The notes beneath the pieces were generated by a model. It saw only the letters and a list, made by a program, of their open reading frames with translations, made no database searches and was not told the DNA's origin. A DNA stretch of 64,000 bases from Felis catus (lineage: Eukaryota), in NCBI RefSeq assembly GCF_018350175.1, contig NC_058368.1:62932001-62996000 (forward strand), written 5' to 3'. Each line of letters starts with the position of its first letter. Position 1 is the stretch's first letter. The position numbers and the translations under genes are program-made. Of the stretch, positions 61,181 to 64,000 are shown one piece after another.

Positions 61181-64000
61181 TTTTTTTTTTTTTTAGCATT
61201 ATTATATTTTTATTTTTATTTTTTTGGTTTTTATTTTTTTTTCAATATATGAAGTTTATTGTCAAATTGGTTTCCATACAACACCCAGTGCTCATCCCAA
61301 AAGGTGCCCTCCTCTCGCTCACACCCCCCATCAACTCTCAGTTTGTTCTGTTTTTAAGAGTCTCTTATGCTTTGGCTGTCTCCCACTCTAACCTCTCTCT
61401 TCTTTTTTTTCTTCCCCTCCCCCATGGGTTTGTGTTAAGTTTCTCAGGATCCACATAAGAGTGAAAACATATGGTATCTGTCTTTCTCTGTATGGATTAT
61501 TTCACTGAGCCTCACACTCTCCAGTTCCATCCACGTTGCTACAAAGGGCCATATTGCATTTTTTCTCATTGCCACGTAGTATTCCATTGTGTATATAAAC
61601 CACAATTTCTTTATCCATTCATCAGTGGATGGACATTTAGGCTCTTTCCATAATTTGGCTATTGTTGAGAGTGCTGCTATGAACATTGGGGTACAAGTGG
61701 CCCTATGCATCAGTACTCCTATATCCCTTGGGTAAATTCCTAGCAGTGCTACTGCTGGGTCATAGGGTAGGTCTATTTTTAATTTTCTGAGGAACCTCCA
61801 CACTGTTTTCCAGAGTGGCTGTACCAATTTGCATTCCCACCAACAGTGCAAGAGGGTTCCTGTTTCTCCACATCCTCTCCAGCATCTATAGTCTCCTGAT
61901 TTGTTCATTTTGGCCACTCTGACTGGCGTGAGGTGATATCTGAGTGTGGTTTTGATTTGTATTTATTTCCCTGATGAGCGATGTTGAGCATCTTTTCATG
62001 TGCCTGTTGGCCATCCGGATGTCTTCTTTAGAGAAGTGTCTATTCATGTTTCCTGCCCATTTCTTCACAGAGTTATTTGTTTTTTGGTTGTGGAGTTTGG
62101 TGAGCTCTTTATAGATTTTGGATACTAGCCCTTTCTCTAATATGTCATTTGCAAATATCTTTTCCCATTCCGTTGGTTGCCTTTTAGTTTTGTTGGTTGT
62201 TTCCTTTGCTGTGCAGAAGCTTTTTATCTTCATAAGGTCCCAGTAATTCATTTTTGCTTTTAATTCCCTTGCCTTTGGGGATGTGTCAAGTAAGGAATTG
62301 CTGTGGCTGAGGTCAGAGAGGTCTTTTCCTGCTTTCTCCTCTAGGGTTTTGATGGTTTCCTGTCTCACATTCAGGTCCTTTATCCATTTTGAGTTTATTT
62401 TTGTGACTGGTGTGAGAAAGTGGTCTAGTTTCAACCTTCTACATGTTGCTGTCCAGTTCTCCCAGCACCATTTGTTAAAGAGGCTGTCTTTTTTCCATTG
62501 GATGTTCTTTCCTGCTTTGTCAAAGATGAGTTGGCCATACGTTTGTGGGTCTAGTTCTGGGGTTTCTATTCTATTCCATTGGTCTATGTGTCTGTTTCTG
62601 TGCCAATACCATGCTGTCTTGATGATGACAGCTTTGTAGTAGAGGCTAAAGTCTGGGATTCTGATGCCTCCTGCTTTGAGCTTCTTCAAAATTCCTTTGG
62701 CTATTCGGGGCCTTTTGTGGTTCCATATGAATTTTAGGAGTGCTTATTCTAGTTTCGAGAAGAATGCTGGTGCAATTTTGATCGGAATTGGATTGAATGT
62801 GTAGATAGCTTTGGGTAGTATTGACATTTGGACAATATTTATTCTTCCAATCCATGAGCACGGAATATTTTTCCATTTCTTTATATCTTTTTCAATTTCC
62901 TTCATAAGCTTTCTATAGTTTTCAGCATACAGATCTTGTACATCTTTGGTTAGATTTATTCCTAGGTATTTATGCTTTTTGGTGCAATTGTGAATGGGAT
63001 CAGTTTCTTTGTCTTTCTGTTGGTTCATTATTAGTGTATAAGAATGCAACTGATTTCTGTACATTGATTTTGTATCCTGAAACTTTGCTAAATTCATGTA
63101 TCAGTTCTAGCAGACTTCTGGTGGAGTCTATCGGATTTTCCATGTATAATATCATGTCATCTGCAAAAAGTGAAAGCTTGACTTCATCTTTGCCAAGTTT
63201 GATGCCTTTGATTTCCTTTTGTTGTCTGATTGCTGATGCTAGAACTTCCAACACTATGTTAAACAACAGCAGTGAGAGTGGACATCCCTGTCGTGTTCCT
63301 GATCTCAGGGAAAAAGCTCTCAGTTTTTCCCCATTGAGGATGATGATAGCTGTGGGCTTTTCATAAATGGCTTGTATGATCTTTAAGTATGTTCCTTCTA
63401 TCCCGACTTCTTGAGGGTTTTTATTAAGAAAGGGTGCTGGATTTTGTCAAAGGCCTTTTCTGCATCGATTGACAGGGTCATATGGTTCTTATCTTTTCTT
63501 TTATTAATGTGATGTATCATTTTGATTGATTCGTGAATGTTGAAACAGCCTTGCATCCCAGGAATGAATCCCACTTGATCATGGTGAATAATTCTTTTTA
63601 TATGCTGTTGAATTCGATTTGCTAGTATCTTATTGAGAATTTTTGCATCCATATTCATCAGGGATATTGGGCTGTAGTTCTCTTTTTTACTGGGTCTCTG
63701 TCTGGTTTAGGAATCAAAGTAATACTGGCTTCATAGAATGAGTCTGGAGGTTTTCCTTCCCTTTCTATTTTTTGGAATAGCTTGAGAAGGATAGGTATTA
63801 TCTCTGATTTAAATGTCTGATAGAACTCCCCTGGGAAGCCATCTGGTCCTGAACTCTTATTTGTTGGGAGATTTTTGATGACTGATTCAATTTCTTCGCT
63901 GGTTATGGGTCTGTTCAAGCTTTCTATTTCCTCCTGATTGAGTTTTGTAAGCGTGTGGGTGTTTAGGAATTTGTCCATTTCTTCCAGGTTGTCCAGTTTG
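61181..64000 (-). mobile_element. Young felid LINE-1 (L1_Fc type): ORF2 RT and C-terminal domains plus 3' UTR; runs off the window end; frameshifted
   Basis: Overlapping ORFs from 63978 to 61444 include [37 protein letters not shown] (RT active site), [13 protein letters not shown] and [18 protein letters not shown]. Stop at 61444; poly-A tail at about 61181-61242. Confidence 0.98.

Noticed and set aside
1..64000. CRISPR arrays, operons, prokaryotic defence systems, NUMTs, CpG island
   Set aside because: Mammalian repeat-rich DNA with no regularly spaced direct repeats, no long non-repeat ORFs, no mitochondrial-like genes recognised and no CpG-rich promoter.

Overview
Non-coding, AT-rich mammalian DNA from a felid (cat family), judged from young SINEC_Fc-type Can-SINEs and an L1_Fc-type LINE-1. 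Much of the window is layered transposable-element debris: about 25 Can-SINEs of several ages, many with readable TSDs; LINE-1 copies, almost all on the minus strand; a near-complete Tigger1 nested in an L1 and itself hit by an LTR and a SINE; an ERV-L RNaseH-integrase-dUTPase remnant with an LTR16-type LTR; MaLR, MLT2 and MER34-type solo LTRs; MER5A; and MIR and L2 relics. The only recognisable host-gene-derived sequence is a decayed processed pseudogene of HEBP1 (minus strand, about 46.2-47.14 kb). I could not recognise an intact protein-coding exon, and most listed ORFs are repeat-derived or chance. I found no evidence of a new biological system. The best second-look items are structural: two micro-inversions inside repeats, an internally deleted (possibly spliced) L1, an unexplained 265-bp segment fused to an L1 tail, the L1 strand bias, and a few exon-like or enhancer-like unique segments. 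Repeat family names come from recalled consensus sequences, not a database run, and boundaries without TSDs are approximate.
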